Below, piece by piece: positions 11,259 through 24,339 of a stretch of DNA of 64,000 nt. The number at the start of each line of letters is the position of its first letter. The stretch's first letter is position 1. Under the pieces are notes generated by a model. The model was not told where the DNA came from, did not search any database, and saw only the letters and a program-made list of their open reading frames with translations. The position numbers and the translations under genes are program-made. Source of the stretch: Hypanus sabinus (taxonomy: Eukaryota); NCBI RefSeq assembly GCF_030144855.1, contig NC_082715.1, positions 146,568,001 to 146,632,000 of the forward strand. The letters run 5' to 3'.

Positions 11259-11721
11259 TCAGCACAGTCTATCTTTCTTTCTTTCTAAATCTTTTTATTA
11301 ATATTAGTAATATGGACAGAATACAAATGATATATTGATAAAGAAATTACCAACATACAAATTCCATTACATATGAAAAAAACATACATAATAGTTACAA
11401 TATAAATGAGTTTACCAAGACATAAGCCATACAATATATGTATGAACATGGTAAGTCTAAATATTTTGTAATATATGATATAAAGAAAACAGAAAAAAAA
11501 AGAAAAAAAATATATAATGCAAAACTAGCTAATCTAATCTAATAACTGATAACTAATATAGAAGAAAAAAGAAACAAAAAAAAGAGAGAGAAAAAAAAGG
11601 GGGCTGTTTATAATATCTCACAAAAATAAATATTCATCAATGCCGTCACGTCTGGTCCTCCCAACATATTACATCATAAGCTAAAAGCTGGGAAATCAAA
11701 TGAACTTGGCACAGGGTCATA

Positions 11722-14700
11722 TTACATCATATGAAAATGTTGAATAAATGGTCTCCATAACTTTTCAAATTTAATAGAAGTCTCAAAAGTACCACTTCTA
11801 ATTTTTTCTAAATTTAAACATAACATAGTTTGAGAGAACCAATTAAATACAGTGGGAGGATCAATTTCTTTCCAATTCAACAATATAGATCTTCTAGCCA
11901 TCAGAGTTAGAAATGCAATCATTCGACGGGCTGAAGAAGATAAATGCAGTGAGTCTAACAGTGGTAAACCAAAGATTGCGGTGATAGGATGAGGTTGTAA
12001 ATCGATATTCAAAACCGCAGAAATAATATCAAAAATATCTTTCCAATATTTCTCCAAAAATGAACACGACCAAAACATATGAGTTAAAGACGCAATTTCA
12101 GAATGACATCTATCACAAATAGGACTTATATGAGAGTAAAAACGAGCTAATTTATCCTTGGACATATGGGCCCTATGTACGACCTTAAATTGTATTAGTG
12201 AATGTTTGGCACATAACGATGATGTATTAACTAATTGAAGAATTCTATCCCAATTCTCACTAGAAATACTCAAACTAAGCTCTCTTTCCCAATCCTTTTT
12301 AGTCTTATAAAGAGGCTCTGAACGTATCTTCATAATTATATTATAGAGTTTTGAAATAAGCCCTTTTTGAAAAGGGTCTAATTCAAATAAACTCTCCAAT
12401 GTATCTGAAGGCACAAAATTTGGAAACGTAGAGAGTACAGAGCTTAAAAAATGTCTAGTCTGTAAATATCTAAAAAAATGAAATCTCGGCAGGTTATATT
12501 TGTTGGATAATTGCTCAAAAGACATGAAACAATTATCTAAAAATAAATCAGAAAATCTTAGTAATCCCTTAGTTTTCCAAGCCGAATAAGCTTGATCTAT
12601 AATGGAAGGGTGAAAAAAACAATTAGATACAATAGGACTATTTAAAACGAATTGAGTCAACCCAAAAAATCTCCGAAATTGAAACCATATACGCAAAGTA
12701 TGTTTAACTATCGGGTTGTCAATTCGTTTCGGCAATTTAGAAAGAGCAAAAGGGAGAGAAGTCTCTAAAATAGAACCCAGAGCATAAGCTGATACCGATT
12801 TAGTTTCTAAACTCACCCAACAAGGGCCAAAAGATCCACCCCCATCTTTCAACCAACATAACAAATATCTAATATTAACTGCCCAATAGTAAAATCTGAA
12901 ATTAGGTAATGCTAACCCGCCTTCCTTTTTTGTCTTCTGTAAATATGTCTTACCTAACCTGGGATTTTTATTCTGCCATATATATGAAGAAATTTTAGAG
13001 TCAACATTAGTAAAAAAAGATTTCAGGATAAAAATTGGTATCGCTTGAAAAATATATAAAAACTTAGGTAAAATAACCATCTTAATAGCATTAATCCTAC
13101 CTATTAGGGATAAAGACAGAGGTGACCACCTAGTAAACAAACCTTTAATCTGATCAATTAAGGGTAAAAAATTAAATCTAAATAAATCTTTATGGTTTTT
13201 TGTGATTTTGATCCCTAAATAAGTAAAAAAGTCATTAACTAATTTAAAAGGTAAATTTCCATAAATTGGGACCCGTTTATTCAATGGAAACAATTCACTT
13301 TTATTAAGATTTAACTTATACCCAGAAAACTCACTAAATTGAGCCAATAATGATAAAACTGCTGGAATGGATTTCTCCGAGTTAGAAATGAATAGTAATA
13401 AATCATCTGCATACAAAGATAACTTATGAATATCTGTCCCACGATTAATACCCAAAATATCCTGTGATTGTCTGATGGCAATTGCCAAAGGTTCTAAGGC
13501 AATGTTAAATAGTAATGAACTAAGAGGACATCCCTGTCTCGTGCCCCGAAATAGGCGAAAAAAGGGAGATCTTTGATTATTGGTAAACACTGAGGCTACT
13601 GGAGTATGATAAATCAATTTAATCCATGATATAAATATCGGACTAAAATTAAACTTCTCCAACACATTAAATAAGTAAGGCCATTCAACTCTGTCAAATG
13701 CTTTCTCCGCATCTAATGAAATCACGCATTCTGAAGTATCATGTGAGGGAGTATAAACAATATTCAACAATCTCCTAATGTTAAAAAAAGAATAACGATT
13801 TTTAATAAAGCCAGTTTGATCATCTGATATAATTTTGGGTAATACCTTCTCCAATCTAGATGCCAGTTACTTGGAAAAAAATCTTGGAGTCTACATTCAA
13901 TAAAGATATAGGTCTATAAGAAGCACAGTTAGTAGGGTCTTTATCTTTCTTCAATATTAAAGAAATGGAAGCTCTATAAAAAGATTATGGCAAATTCCCT
14001 AATCTAATGGCTTCCTCAAAAACCTTACCTAACCAAGGGGAAAGAGTAGCGGAAAATAATTTTAAAAATTCAACTGTATAACCATCTGGACCCGGTGCTT
14101 TCCCAGAATTCATTGAGGAAATAGCCACTTTAATTTCTACATCCGTAATAGGAGTATCCAATATCAAAAGATCATCAGATGATAACCTTGGAAAATTTAA
14201 TTCTCCAAGAAAATCAGACATGGTATTATAATCTTGAGGAAATTCAGATTGATACAGGGAGGTATAGAAATCTTGAAATGCCTTATTTATCTCATCATGA
14301 TTAACTGTCAGATTCCCATTCTGCTGACCAATCTTAGTGATTTGACGTTTAACCAAAGCATTCTTCAATTGACTAGCTAACAGTTTACCAGATTTATCAC
14401 TATGTATATAAAAATCAGATTTAGTTTTCATTAATTGATTTCCAATCGAGGATGTAAGTAATAAACTATGTTCCATTTGAAGTTCAACCCTTTGTTTGTA
14501 AAGCTCCTTACTAGGAGCAATCGAATATTTCTTATCAATCTCTTTAATTTTATCAACCAATAAAAGAGTTTCCATCTTGATACGTTTCCTCAAACCAACA
14601 GAATAAGAAATAATCTGTCCACGTATATAAGCTTTAAAAGTGTCCCAAAGTGTTCCGCAGGAGATATCATCTGTAGAATTAGTTGAGAAGAAGAAGTCGA

Positions 14701-15501
14701 TCTGCTCCTCCATAAATTTTATAAACTCAGAGTCTTGCAACAAGGTAGAGTCAAATCGCCTTTGTCTAGCATTAGAAGCTGTATCCGTAAATTTCATAGA
14801 AAGTAATAACGGAGCATGATCAGAGATAGCTATAATATCATAGTTACAACCGATTACCAATGGAATAAAACAAGAGTCTACAAAAAAATAATCAATTCTT
14901 GAATAAGAGTGATAAACATGTGAGAAAAAAGAAAACTCTTTGTCATTAGGATACCGGAATCTCCAAATATCAAAAACTCCATTGTCAGTCAAAAAAGAGT
15001 TAATACAAGTGGCCGACTTATTAGGTAAAGTCTGAATACATAAAGATTTACCCATCAGAGGATTTAAACAACAATTAAAGTCACCACCCATTATTAACTT
15101 ATATTCGTTTAGATTGGGTAAAGAAGTAAATAAAGACTTAAAAAAGTCAGGACAATCCACATTTGGAGCATAAACATTAACCAAAGCAACTTTTTTTATT
15201 ACAAAGTAAACCCGTAATTAACAAAAATATGCCATTCGGATCCGAAAAAATATCATGTTGAACAAATTGAGGAGTCAATAAAAATTGAAACTCCTTTTAC
15301 TTTAGCATTCGAATTTGCGTGATACTGTTGACCCCGCCAAAATCTAAAAAAACGAAATTTGTCCTCCCTCCTCACATGAGTTTCTAGTACAAAAATGATA
15401 TGAGCATTAAGTCTTTGGAATACTTTGAAAATCTTCTTTCGTTTAATTGGATGATTTAAACCATTAGTATTCCAAGACACAAAATTAATGGTCTGAGCCA
15501 T
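11722..15501 (-). pseudogene. L1/Tx1 ORF2 (APE endonuclease + RT + CCHC), split by at least two frameshifts
   Basis: SWNTNGLN, GGDFN, SRIDYFF, SDHAPL, GTRQGCPLS, LYADD and CDRC...HMFWSC across three ORF segments. Confidence 0.95.
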
Positions 15502-16290
15502 AATTCTATAATCAACCCTTTGGTATAAAAAGGGTTAACCAACTTATAAACTCATGCACCCGGAAGAGGAACAAAAGTAGTGAGAAGACCCGGAAGTGAC
15601 GACAACACAGACATATTTGAAGTTCAAAAACAGCCCAAATAAAAAAACTAACACAAACTGGTACAAAAAAAATAGAATTAGAAAACAGACCATCCCCCCA
15701 CCCCCCGAGAAAAAGAGAAAAAGCCAAAATATGACTTAAAAAGAGAAAAAATAAGACTAATCCTACCCCCATGTCAGCTGAAGAACACTCCATATAAAAA
15801 GGATATATATAAAAGAATCACCCCAACTTTAAAAATTAAAATCGCTATAATAAAAACCATATTTCTAAGTATAGTTAGTTGTAAAAAGAATAAAAATATA
15901 ATCACTTAAAAAAAACTTATAAATCGGGCTCTGGCCCAGACAAAACAAAAAATATTTAAGCTAAGATAAGCGATGCATTGTACGGAAGAAACGCGAAAAA
16001 TATAAACATAACGCCATCTTAAGCAAAACCAAAAATCTTTTCAAAAAAACCACCATCTTAATCAAGGAAAAATTCACCTTCAAAGAATTAAAAATATACC
16101 TTCGATGAAACAAAGTTAATAGACAAATATGTAGTTAAATGATTAAAGTGTATAAGGCAAAACAATTAATATGACGCAAACACACTTTAACTTAAGTATA
16201 AAGTGTAGGATGAACCTACACCAATAACCAGATTTTAATTCTGGTTTAAGAGATTGAGAACCATCTTACACGATCAGAATCGCTCATTTA

Positions 16291-17213
16291 TTAGAGACTG
16301 GTGTCTGTAGCAGTAGGGAAGTTCTCCTCCAGATATTTTCTCGCTTCTGAAGTTGAAATGAAAACCTGTCGTGCAGCATTCGACGGAGATATTCGAAGCT
16401 TCGCAGGGTATAGAAGCGCAGGTTTCAGATTTTTCTCATAACATTCAGCCATCAACTTTCTCATAACTTTCTCATAACATTCAGCCATCAACTTTCTCAT
16501 AACATTCAGCCATCAAGGCTTCTTTTAAAAAGAAGCCTTCTTTTTAAAAGGTCTGGACTAAAATCTTCGATCAGGCGGAAGCAAAAATCTTTGAATTTAA
16601 TCATTCCTGCTCGACGAGAAGCTCTTATAAGTTGTTCTTTGTCATGTACATAATGGAACCGGACAATTACCACCGAAGGTTTGTCTGTAACACTCGGTGA
16701 TCGATGCCGAATTCTATGTGCCCGACCCAATAAAGGGGGGTTATTCGGGAAAATCGTCGGAAACGCTTCTTTTAAAAGTTGAGCAAAATATTTCGAAGGG
16801 TCATCTTTTTCTATGCCGTCTGGAAGACCAAGTATACGTAAGTTCTGTCTTCTGGACCGATTCTCAAAATCGTCACTCTTGGCTTTAAGGGCTTCCATCA
16901 GCTTAATGGTCGAAATTAAATCCTGTTGCAGTTTTCCAATAGTCAAATCACGCTTCCGAGCATCTTCTTGCAGAGACGCAATAAGAGCTTGTTGCTGTTT
17001 AATTACTAAATCCGTCTTAACCATGTACTCTTGAAAAGCCTTTATATCTTCTTTAAAAAATTGTTGTAGTTCAGCAAATTTTTTACCCAAAACCTCCATA
17101 AACAATTCAAAAGTTAATTGAGTTTGTTGTGTCGGAGCCTGCTTTTTTCCGTTACCGTTCGGATTACGTCCGGGATCCCGTCCCTTAGACCTGAGAGACA
17201 TTTCTGTTTGCAT
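16291..17213 (-). pseudogene. L1/Tx1 ORF1 protein, frameshifted near the C-terminus
   Basis: Coiled coil then ENRSRRQNLRILGLPDG and AHRI..; the C-terminal LLYPAKLRI continues in another frame after local duplications. Confidence 0.9.
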
Positions 17214-18217
17214 ATCATCAAACGTTCACAACAAACTCTTGGCAGTAAATCCAAAAAAAATGAAGAAAGAAACTTTCGGTATAGGTAAAAATAAGCTGAA
17301 TAAGGGTGATCAAAGGTTAAAAAAAGTAAAGGTTATGGAGCGAATCCAAAACAGTACTCACTCCATGAGCGTCTCCAGCTGAGTCAGCACAGTCTAGATG
17401 GACCAAAGGGCCTACCTCTGTGCAGTAGTGTTCTATAACTGCATCTATACGTTTTCAACGCTTGTAAGCTCTCACAGTTATGGTCCAATTTGCCCTCAGG
17501 TGGATATGAACACTTAGACCATTTCACTAGATTTGAATACTAAGAGTTTAGTAACCACGATCACTCTTTTTATTCTTCTGGGGCAGAAAATGTTAATCTG
17601 CCCCTTCGGTATAAATTATATTAAAATTGAGTTTTTAAAAAAATATCTCTAATGTAATTCGACTATCTGAGCAAGTTCAAGTTGTGGACATACGGAGGAA
17701 TAACAGTAGGAGCAGACTGACCAGATCTCCGGTCTCCCGTTCCTGTCACAACTGGACTAGGAATCTTTTAAAGCTCTATCGATCGAAATCCAGTTGAGTA
17801 TCGATAGAATTTCTAAAGAATCGAAGGATCAAGGTTGCCTCGAGAAAAGACTATTATTTTTTTCAGTCCCAAATACCCAAACTTATTATCTGAACACTGT
17901 CACCTTCAGCTCTCCACTGAAAACAAGTGGGATTCGGCTCGGCATCCAAACTGCCAAGCCCAAAATGATTTTTATATATTTCCATCCCATTGCCCCCTTT
18001 CATCCAAACGCCGTAGAATATAGGCCCTATATATTAATTTACATAAACACGCACTTATTCTAAAAACCAAATCGGCGGCTCTTCATGCAATCCGAGACGC
18101 GTGCAGCTTCCATATGGCGAGGAAACCAGAACTATGTGTGGTAATCCAGGTGATGTCCCTAGATAATGGCAATGAGAAGAGATATGTAGATTACCCCAGA
18201 CCCAACCATTTCATCTC

Positions 18218-18304
18218 TTCAAGCAACGCACACAAAATGCTGGTGGAACACAGCAGGCCCGGCAGCATCTAAAAGGAGAAGCACTGTCGACGTTTCGAGC
18301 CGAG
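18218..18304 (-). mobile_element. Penelope-associated repeat fragment occupying the site of the deleted C exon in unit 2
   Basis: Left flank aligns to about 36170-36315 and right flank to about 37530-37620 of unit 3. Confidence 0.7.
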
Positions 18305-20121
18305 CTGCTAATTGCTACTTCCATTGGCAAGTAAGCCTCCAACGTCCCTTACTCTACCTGAGACACCTTCCCTCTACTCAACTGTTCAGTCATCAAGACA
18401 AGAGAAATATGTCGGATTAATGTTTCGCTTAAATTCAGGGACTAGTACGGGGGTTCTCAACCTTTTTTGGAAGACGGGTCTGTAGACCTGAGATTGGGAA
18501 CCCCTGGAATAGTATATTTTATGCATCTTAGACATCGAAATGCAGAGTTCGTATTGCAGTAACTTAAATCATTTTTGGAAAGTTTAACATTGATGTTAAA
18601 ACTGATACTGTTTGTTTCCACTTGAAGTTAATAATTCAAATCAAGTTTCTGGACTTCGGGGGATCTTTCTCCTTACACTCACCTCTGAGACAACCATTTT
18701 CTTCCAACGTTCACTACGCAGGCGGCAAATAACTTGAATAAAACTGTATTCGTCTGATATGGTGCAGAACCGCGGCTCAGCGCAGGTTGCTTTATATTTT
18801 AAAGTTATTTATCGTGGAAAATTGAAACGTTCGCTGTTCCGTGATTCCAGCTTCTTTGCAATGAAAAAATTAATGGTTTAATTCTATTGGCTTACTGCCC
18901 GTTATGCCACTGTAATTGAGGGCAACAATGAAGGTTCTCAACCTGACTACAAAAACCATCGCACACAGATATAAAAGGATTCTCCGTTGCTGCTTCCGTA
19001 ACAAACTTTGACCAGTCAGGGTTGTTAGCCCTGATTTGAACCGTCAGTACTGGATGACTGATGGACTACTCTTAGTCTGGCCTCGAGTAGAGTGAGCTGA
19101 TGGATATGGTTGACTCTTCCAAGACTCAGTATACAGAGCCCGGACTCTCGCCAATATAGCTCTCCGGGTCATTAGGCCACATGTTTCTTCAAAGCTTACG
19201 ATAAGTTTGTAGTCCTCTTGGAGCTTAATTTCGACAAGGTGCCTCAAATGCATCACGATCTGAAATTACAAATGAATTTCAATATTAAGATTGATTTTTT
19301 TTAAAAACTGACTGCTGTGTTTGCACATGCTGACATTGCTAAGTAAGAAAGAAAAATAGCAACAGTTGAAAACATAAAATACTAAAAGGCGTCTGCTAAT
19401 AAAGAAGGAGAATTTCCGTTCTGATATCTACCTGCTACTCCTCGAAGCCCATTATAGTCTTATATGGCACAAGTTGATTTCAGAATTCATTCGTTCAAAA
19501 AGTCAAGGGTTGTTTTAACATCCCTTGGCGGTTTAATATAAACATTTAACTGCTCAAACTGGCGTTGAATTTGTCTTAAAATATAAAATATGGCAATGGT
19601 TAACCGAGTCTTCTCCGTGACATGTGAAGAGTTTCCTTAGAATTAATCCGCTGTTGTTTGCATTCTGTTTCCCCGGAACTTAAATAATTCTCATTTACTG
19701 CCGTGTATATCATCATCCAAGTGTCAGGTGGCAAATATAATACTAGGTTTGGCATTTTTAGGAAAATTTAAGGAGACACAAAATATAATTTGCACAGCGT
19801 GGCGAACACTTTGCAAACAGGATTCAAATTTTGAGAACCTGCTTCATATATGCCTTCGTTCTAGACACCAAAGACCACATCAGAGAAAACAAAATCAAAT
19901 ATCTGTACTATTACATAAGATTAAGTCTTGTGCTCGTGATTAATAAAGCCCGTCTGAGTCATTTAAAAAATGTTCAGTGTAACGCACAATAGCGATTCAA
20001 GTTTGAGAAGGATTTTAGATTATTTCTTCATCTATGCACGTTTATGACGTTTAAGGAACCCTCCAGGATCCAGTGCTCAGTGGCTAACCGATACCTTATA
20101 GTTTCTGCCGGGCATCAGCAT

Positions 20122-20274
20122 AGATTAGAGGAACTTTTCGGGGAAGCTGCTAGAACCAGTAAACTATGCTACTTTCTAAAGAGGTTCCGGAGAAGCTGCA
20201 GGGTATTTAAAAGTCCTGCCCCAGAGATGTGGATTTCGAAGATGGCTGATTCACTGCAACTTCCGCGTTGATAT
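20122..20274 (-). pseudogene. IGLV: Truncated lambda V pseudogene, unit 2 (FR1 to FR2 only)
   Basis: EVAVNQPSSKSTSLGQDF*IPCSFSGTSLESSIVYWF*QLPRKVP with stops at 20207-09 and 20150-52. Acceptor retained; fused directly to J-C intron sequence; leader and promoter deleted. Confidence 0.93.
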
Positions 20275-20534
20275 CTGGAAACATTCGGAGGGAAGAAACA
20301 ACGTACCGAGATTAATATTCGAGTAATACCAGAAGTGCAATAAAAATATCATTTAATCGACCAGAGAGCTTATAGCGTGTTATGGATAATTAAAAGTGAA
20401 TCGAAGTATTCAGCTGGTGTCGAGAGTGGTTTGGTATAGATTCTGCTAAACTTACGTCAATAAGGGGTATTATATTTACATGTAGCCACAGACGCATTAT
20501 ACCAGATCTAATGTACATAGCTGGTGGCGAAGTG

Positions 20535-20900
20535 GAGATAAGGCTCTAAGAAAGGAGATGTAAGGCGGCCCTTCCCTCCGCAAGCCTGCAGGGCGCCGAT
20601 TGGTAAGGTGTAGCACCGGCTCAGCCACGTCACTCCCTCCACCATACAGTGTCACGTGAAGCCAGTGGATTAGGTGCTCGATGTCGTATGAGCAGTCGTT
20701 GCATATCACAAGTCCTGGTTATGAGTCCACAGACGCCTGACAGATATTCTCTGAACATTGATGATAATGGCTGGAGTATCTACTCTTGTAAAGTCACTGC
20801 CCAGAAGAAGGCAATGTCATACGACTTCCGTAGAAAAATTTGCCAAGAATAATCATAGTTTTAGAGCGCCCATGTCATACAAAACTACAGATAATGCTGA
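20535..20900 (+). mobile_element. RTE-tail SINE-like repeat (unit 2 copy)
   Basis: Paralog of 1461-1808. Confidence 0.6.
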
Positions 20901-21766
20901 TGGCGTTAGATGAATTAAGCAGGCATTCTCGAAGTAAAAGCTATTTTTTATTCGACTCCTCGTTCAAGCAGAAGATGTTAACAGTAAGAAGACTTCGCAG
21001 GTCTTACTAATTGCCAAAGCATAGTAGATCGGAAACTTACAAAATATATGTTAGGTTCGTGTGGAGCTGTTAGCAGGAATAGGAATTGTAATCAAATAAT
21101 TAATTCATGGGTATTGTTATCCTATTATAGTGTGTTCTTTTATTCCTCAAAGACCGTCAGACGAAAATCTACATGTCTGTGTCATTTTCGGAAGCATACA
21201 TTGAGAACATGTTTGACAGAAAGAAATTGAAAGGGATAGTTAGCCTGGCATGCTGAGTTCCTCCAGCATTTTGCCTGTGCGTAACTGCATTGGTTACTGC
21301 ACGGCACGTGTTCGTTTTTTCTAAAACATAAGACTACTGGGATGCATTGCTTGCAACTTCTATATTCACATTAACATAACACCAAATGAGGAGTTTACTT
21401 GGAAAGCAACAACTGCATTTAAACCTTGAGCACTGATGGGAATAAATGCATTGTTGTCACAAAATGATTCGAAGCGAACGATAATAAGTCTTCAAAAACG
21501 TATTGGGATGATGAACACAGAAACGATTATTTCCATGACACTTTCTAACACCTCACCAGAGACTGCTGCGGTACGGTTATCATAAAATCGGCACACGAAT
21601 CCCGTTTGCTGCTGCACTAAGATTAATCAAAATAACCCCTCAGAACATTTAAGGAGTTGCATTAAACAAATTTACATTTGCAGCAATCATTCTGCAGTTA
21701 TCTTGAAAGGGCACATTACCTGATTTGGGCTATTTTTGGAGATATTAAATGTTGAATAGGCGTTAT

Positions 21767-22096
21767 ATGGTTGACACCTGGCCCCTTTGCTTTATATGAT
21801 CGCAATATGTTTCTACAGTAATCGATGCCGCAGGTTTCAGGTTATTTTCGTATTATCTAAACAGCACTGTTTCAGATCTGCGAGTATTTGACAAAGTTGT
21901 GTGGACGGAGATTTAGTTTCTATCTGATTCTTGAGGCACCTTTCTGTGAATGCTTCATGCGTCGCGGAAGTTAGTGCACGAATTAGATACAAAGTAAAGC
22001 TCGTTTACTTTCTTCCGTTATTATCTTTCCGGGTTTGCAGGAGTAAAATTCATTTCTGCACGTTCTCCTTTCGAATACTCCAAGGATACGAGAATG
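21767..22096 (+). pseudogene. Candidate highly decayed plus-strand leader + VJ, unit 2
   Basis: Octamer relic AGTTGCAT (21655-62; intact ATTTGCAT in the paralog at 44034-41) lies 105 bp before an ATG. Acceptor TTCAG| at 21875; one frame runs KVVWTE..FLS..G to DTK*SSFT; HFC and KDTRM J-like motifs; donor mutated to AT. Confidence 0.4.
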
Positions 22097-23256
22097 ATGA
22101 GTTAAAAACAAATTCACTTCACTCACAAAGTGTTAAATTTAGTTGAAGAATTTAGTAGAGTGCTTCATGGATTCCAAACAAATTGTTCCTGAAGCACCAA
22201 TGTCCGATGTCAAGACGGAGGAAAAACAAGAAGAGGAAGAAACTGAACCAAAAACCGTGGAACTAAAACAAGAAATTAAACAACAGGTATATATAAAGAA
22301 CAGAAAGTGGCTGGGTAGAGAAAAGATCCACCTAAGGATTAATTTGTTCGTCGAGGTGTTTGCCTCAGGAGACAGACGAGTACGTAAATCAATACTTTTA
22401 TTCTACCTTGAAGTGGAAAATCATGGAAACTAGCAAAATCAAGGACGAGCACAGTACGGCCCTGAAAGATCATAATATACAAAATAACTGTTAGTGTTTC
22501 TGAGGAGCGATACCGTGAATAAATCCCGAGAAGGTGAAAGCCATGGAATGCTAAATGCCTTCATCGATCAGCATTCACTGGAGGCTGTTCAGTCAACGAA
22601 AGACATGGGATAGGGAGAGAGCTGAAGGTGGAGTGCTGATCAAAAGCGAATACTCTTGTATATGATCGCGTGCGAATTTGGAAGTGTACGAATAGCGCTC
22701 TGTGTTTGCTCAGGTATCCTGGGTCATTTTGTTAAAACCCATGCAACAGAATGATCTCTATTCTTCTTGTATAGTCATGCATTTAGATCACGACATCTTT
22801 CTGTGAAGACAGCGAGGTAGCTGCTCTGTAATGATAATCCACATTAAAATAAATCACTCTCAGATATATGGGTTTTCGTGGATGCAGACAAAAAAAACTA
22901 TTAGAATCGTAACACAAACTGGCACCGGAATGTTTCAGTAATTGCAATGTAGCTAGCTAATTGTTTTCTAATAATTTTGAGTTACAAATGTTGTCCAGAG
23001 CAATAATTTCTCCTGTTCCTCTCGAAAATAAAGCCCACGGGTCGTTTCCAGTCACCGCAAATACCTAATGCTGTTAGTTTAACACGCATTCCGCACTGTT
23101 GTACAATGTCAGTCCACGTTTATCACTCGGCTTCAGTGTGGGACTTGAACCGGCTACTTGCCGTCTGAGACGCCGCAGGTCAAGCTACTAAGTTTTAAAT
23201 GACTGGCTCACGATTTGTTCTCGTTCTTTAATAAAGATATTTCTTTTTCGTTGCAG

Positions 23257-23562
23257 GTGAAAAATTGTCCAACTCTTCGATTCCTTTTTTCACCCGTGTC
23301 TGAAAAGATCACTGAAGGGCAGATGCCGATATGTCCAGTCAATAATTATTACACTAGATAGGTGGAGGTGTGCTGGAGAATCGGCGGTAAGTTGTTGGCC
23401 GCAGGTGTTCAGACATTCCGAGCAGTGCGGGTTAGCGACCTGACCTACAACCAGAGTAATCTCACCGTGGCCGCCTCCTAGCAGAAATCACACCAAGAGT
23501 ACACTTGTTGTGTTACACACAATAGCTTCCGCTTAAGCGAAGCATTCCGAGATCTTGCATAA
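23257..23562 (+). pseudogene. IGLC: Ig light-chain constant-domain pseudogene, plus strand, unit 2
   Basis: Acceptor TTGCAG|GT. Reads ..ICPVNNYYTR*VEVCWRIGGKLLAAGVQTFRAVRVSDLTYNQS.LTVAAS*QKSHQEYTCCVTHNS..SIPRSC; AATAAA near 23695; flanks paralogous to 6050-6830. Confidence 0.88.
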
Positions 23563-24339
23563 GGAGAAGCCGCCGGCTGGGTGCACGCTGTTATTCTTGG
23601 TCGAGCACAGCAACGTTCCACAATTGTTTCCTTTCTATTTGCTGGCGGCTTCAGAACAGCAGGACTTTAAATATATATATAAGTTCTTGTAAAAAATAAA
23701 ACGCTTTCACTTTGTAAATATGACCTAGAGTCAATGAAATAAAATAATATTCTTCTGGCAACTTGTATATTTTGTGTGTCTATGATTGGGCATCAACAGA
23801 GTAAGGGCACCTGCGAATCCCGAAGTACAAAGAGATTACGAACGCTAACTTTTAACCCCAATTATTATTGTATTTTAGTAAGACTACTTATTAACCTTCA
23901 GGCTCATGAACCAAAGGTGATGACTTCACCCAACTTCACACCCCATCGTTGAAACATTCCCACGACTTCGGGATTTACTTTCAAGCGGTCTTCACCTCAT
24001 GCTCTCGATATTTTTTGTTTGCTTGCTGTATCTATCTGGTTATTTGTTTCTTATTATTTATTTCTGTGTTTGCACAGTTTGTTGTTTTTGCGCATTGGTT
24101 GTACGTTCGTGTTGGTGTAGTCTTTCATTATTGGATTTATTGAGTATTTCCACAAGAAAATGAATCTCAGGCTTGTCTATGGTGACATATAAGGACATCG
24201 ATATTAAATTTACTTTGTACTTTGGACCATCTGCACTCCAAGGCATTACAGGATGGACTTGCCATTGACTCTACAGTGCCTCCTAGTGACAGGAATGAAA
24301 ATGACAATGATGGAGCAATAAGATTGACAGATACGTCAC

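Larger units (their letters stand above)
11272..17383 (-). mobile_element. Full-length L1/Tx1-clade non-LTR retrotransposon (about 6.1 kb)
   Basis: 13-bp TSD TCAGCACAGTCTA at 11259-11271 and 17384-17396; ORF1 and ORF2 present; AATAAA plus (AAAG)n tail. Confidence 0.96.

Noticed and set aside
22143-22433. Glu/Lys-rich 96-aa ORF
   Set aside because: The 3' half is a decayed CR1 piece paralogous to about 3575-3830; the rest is low complexity.
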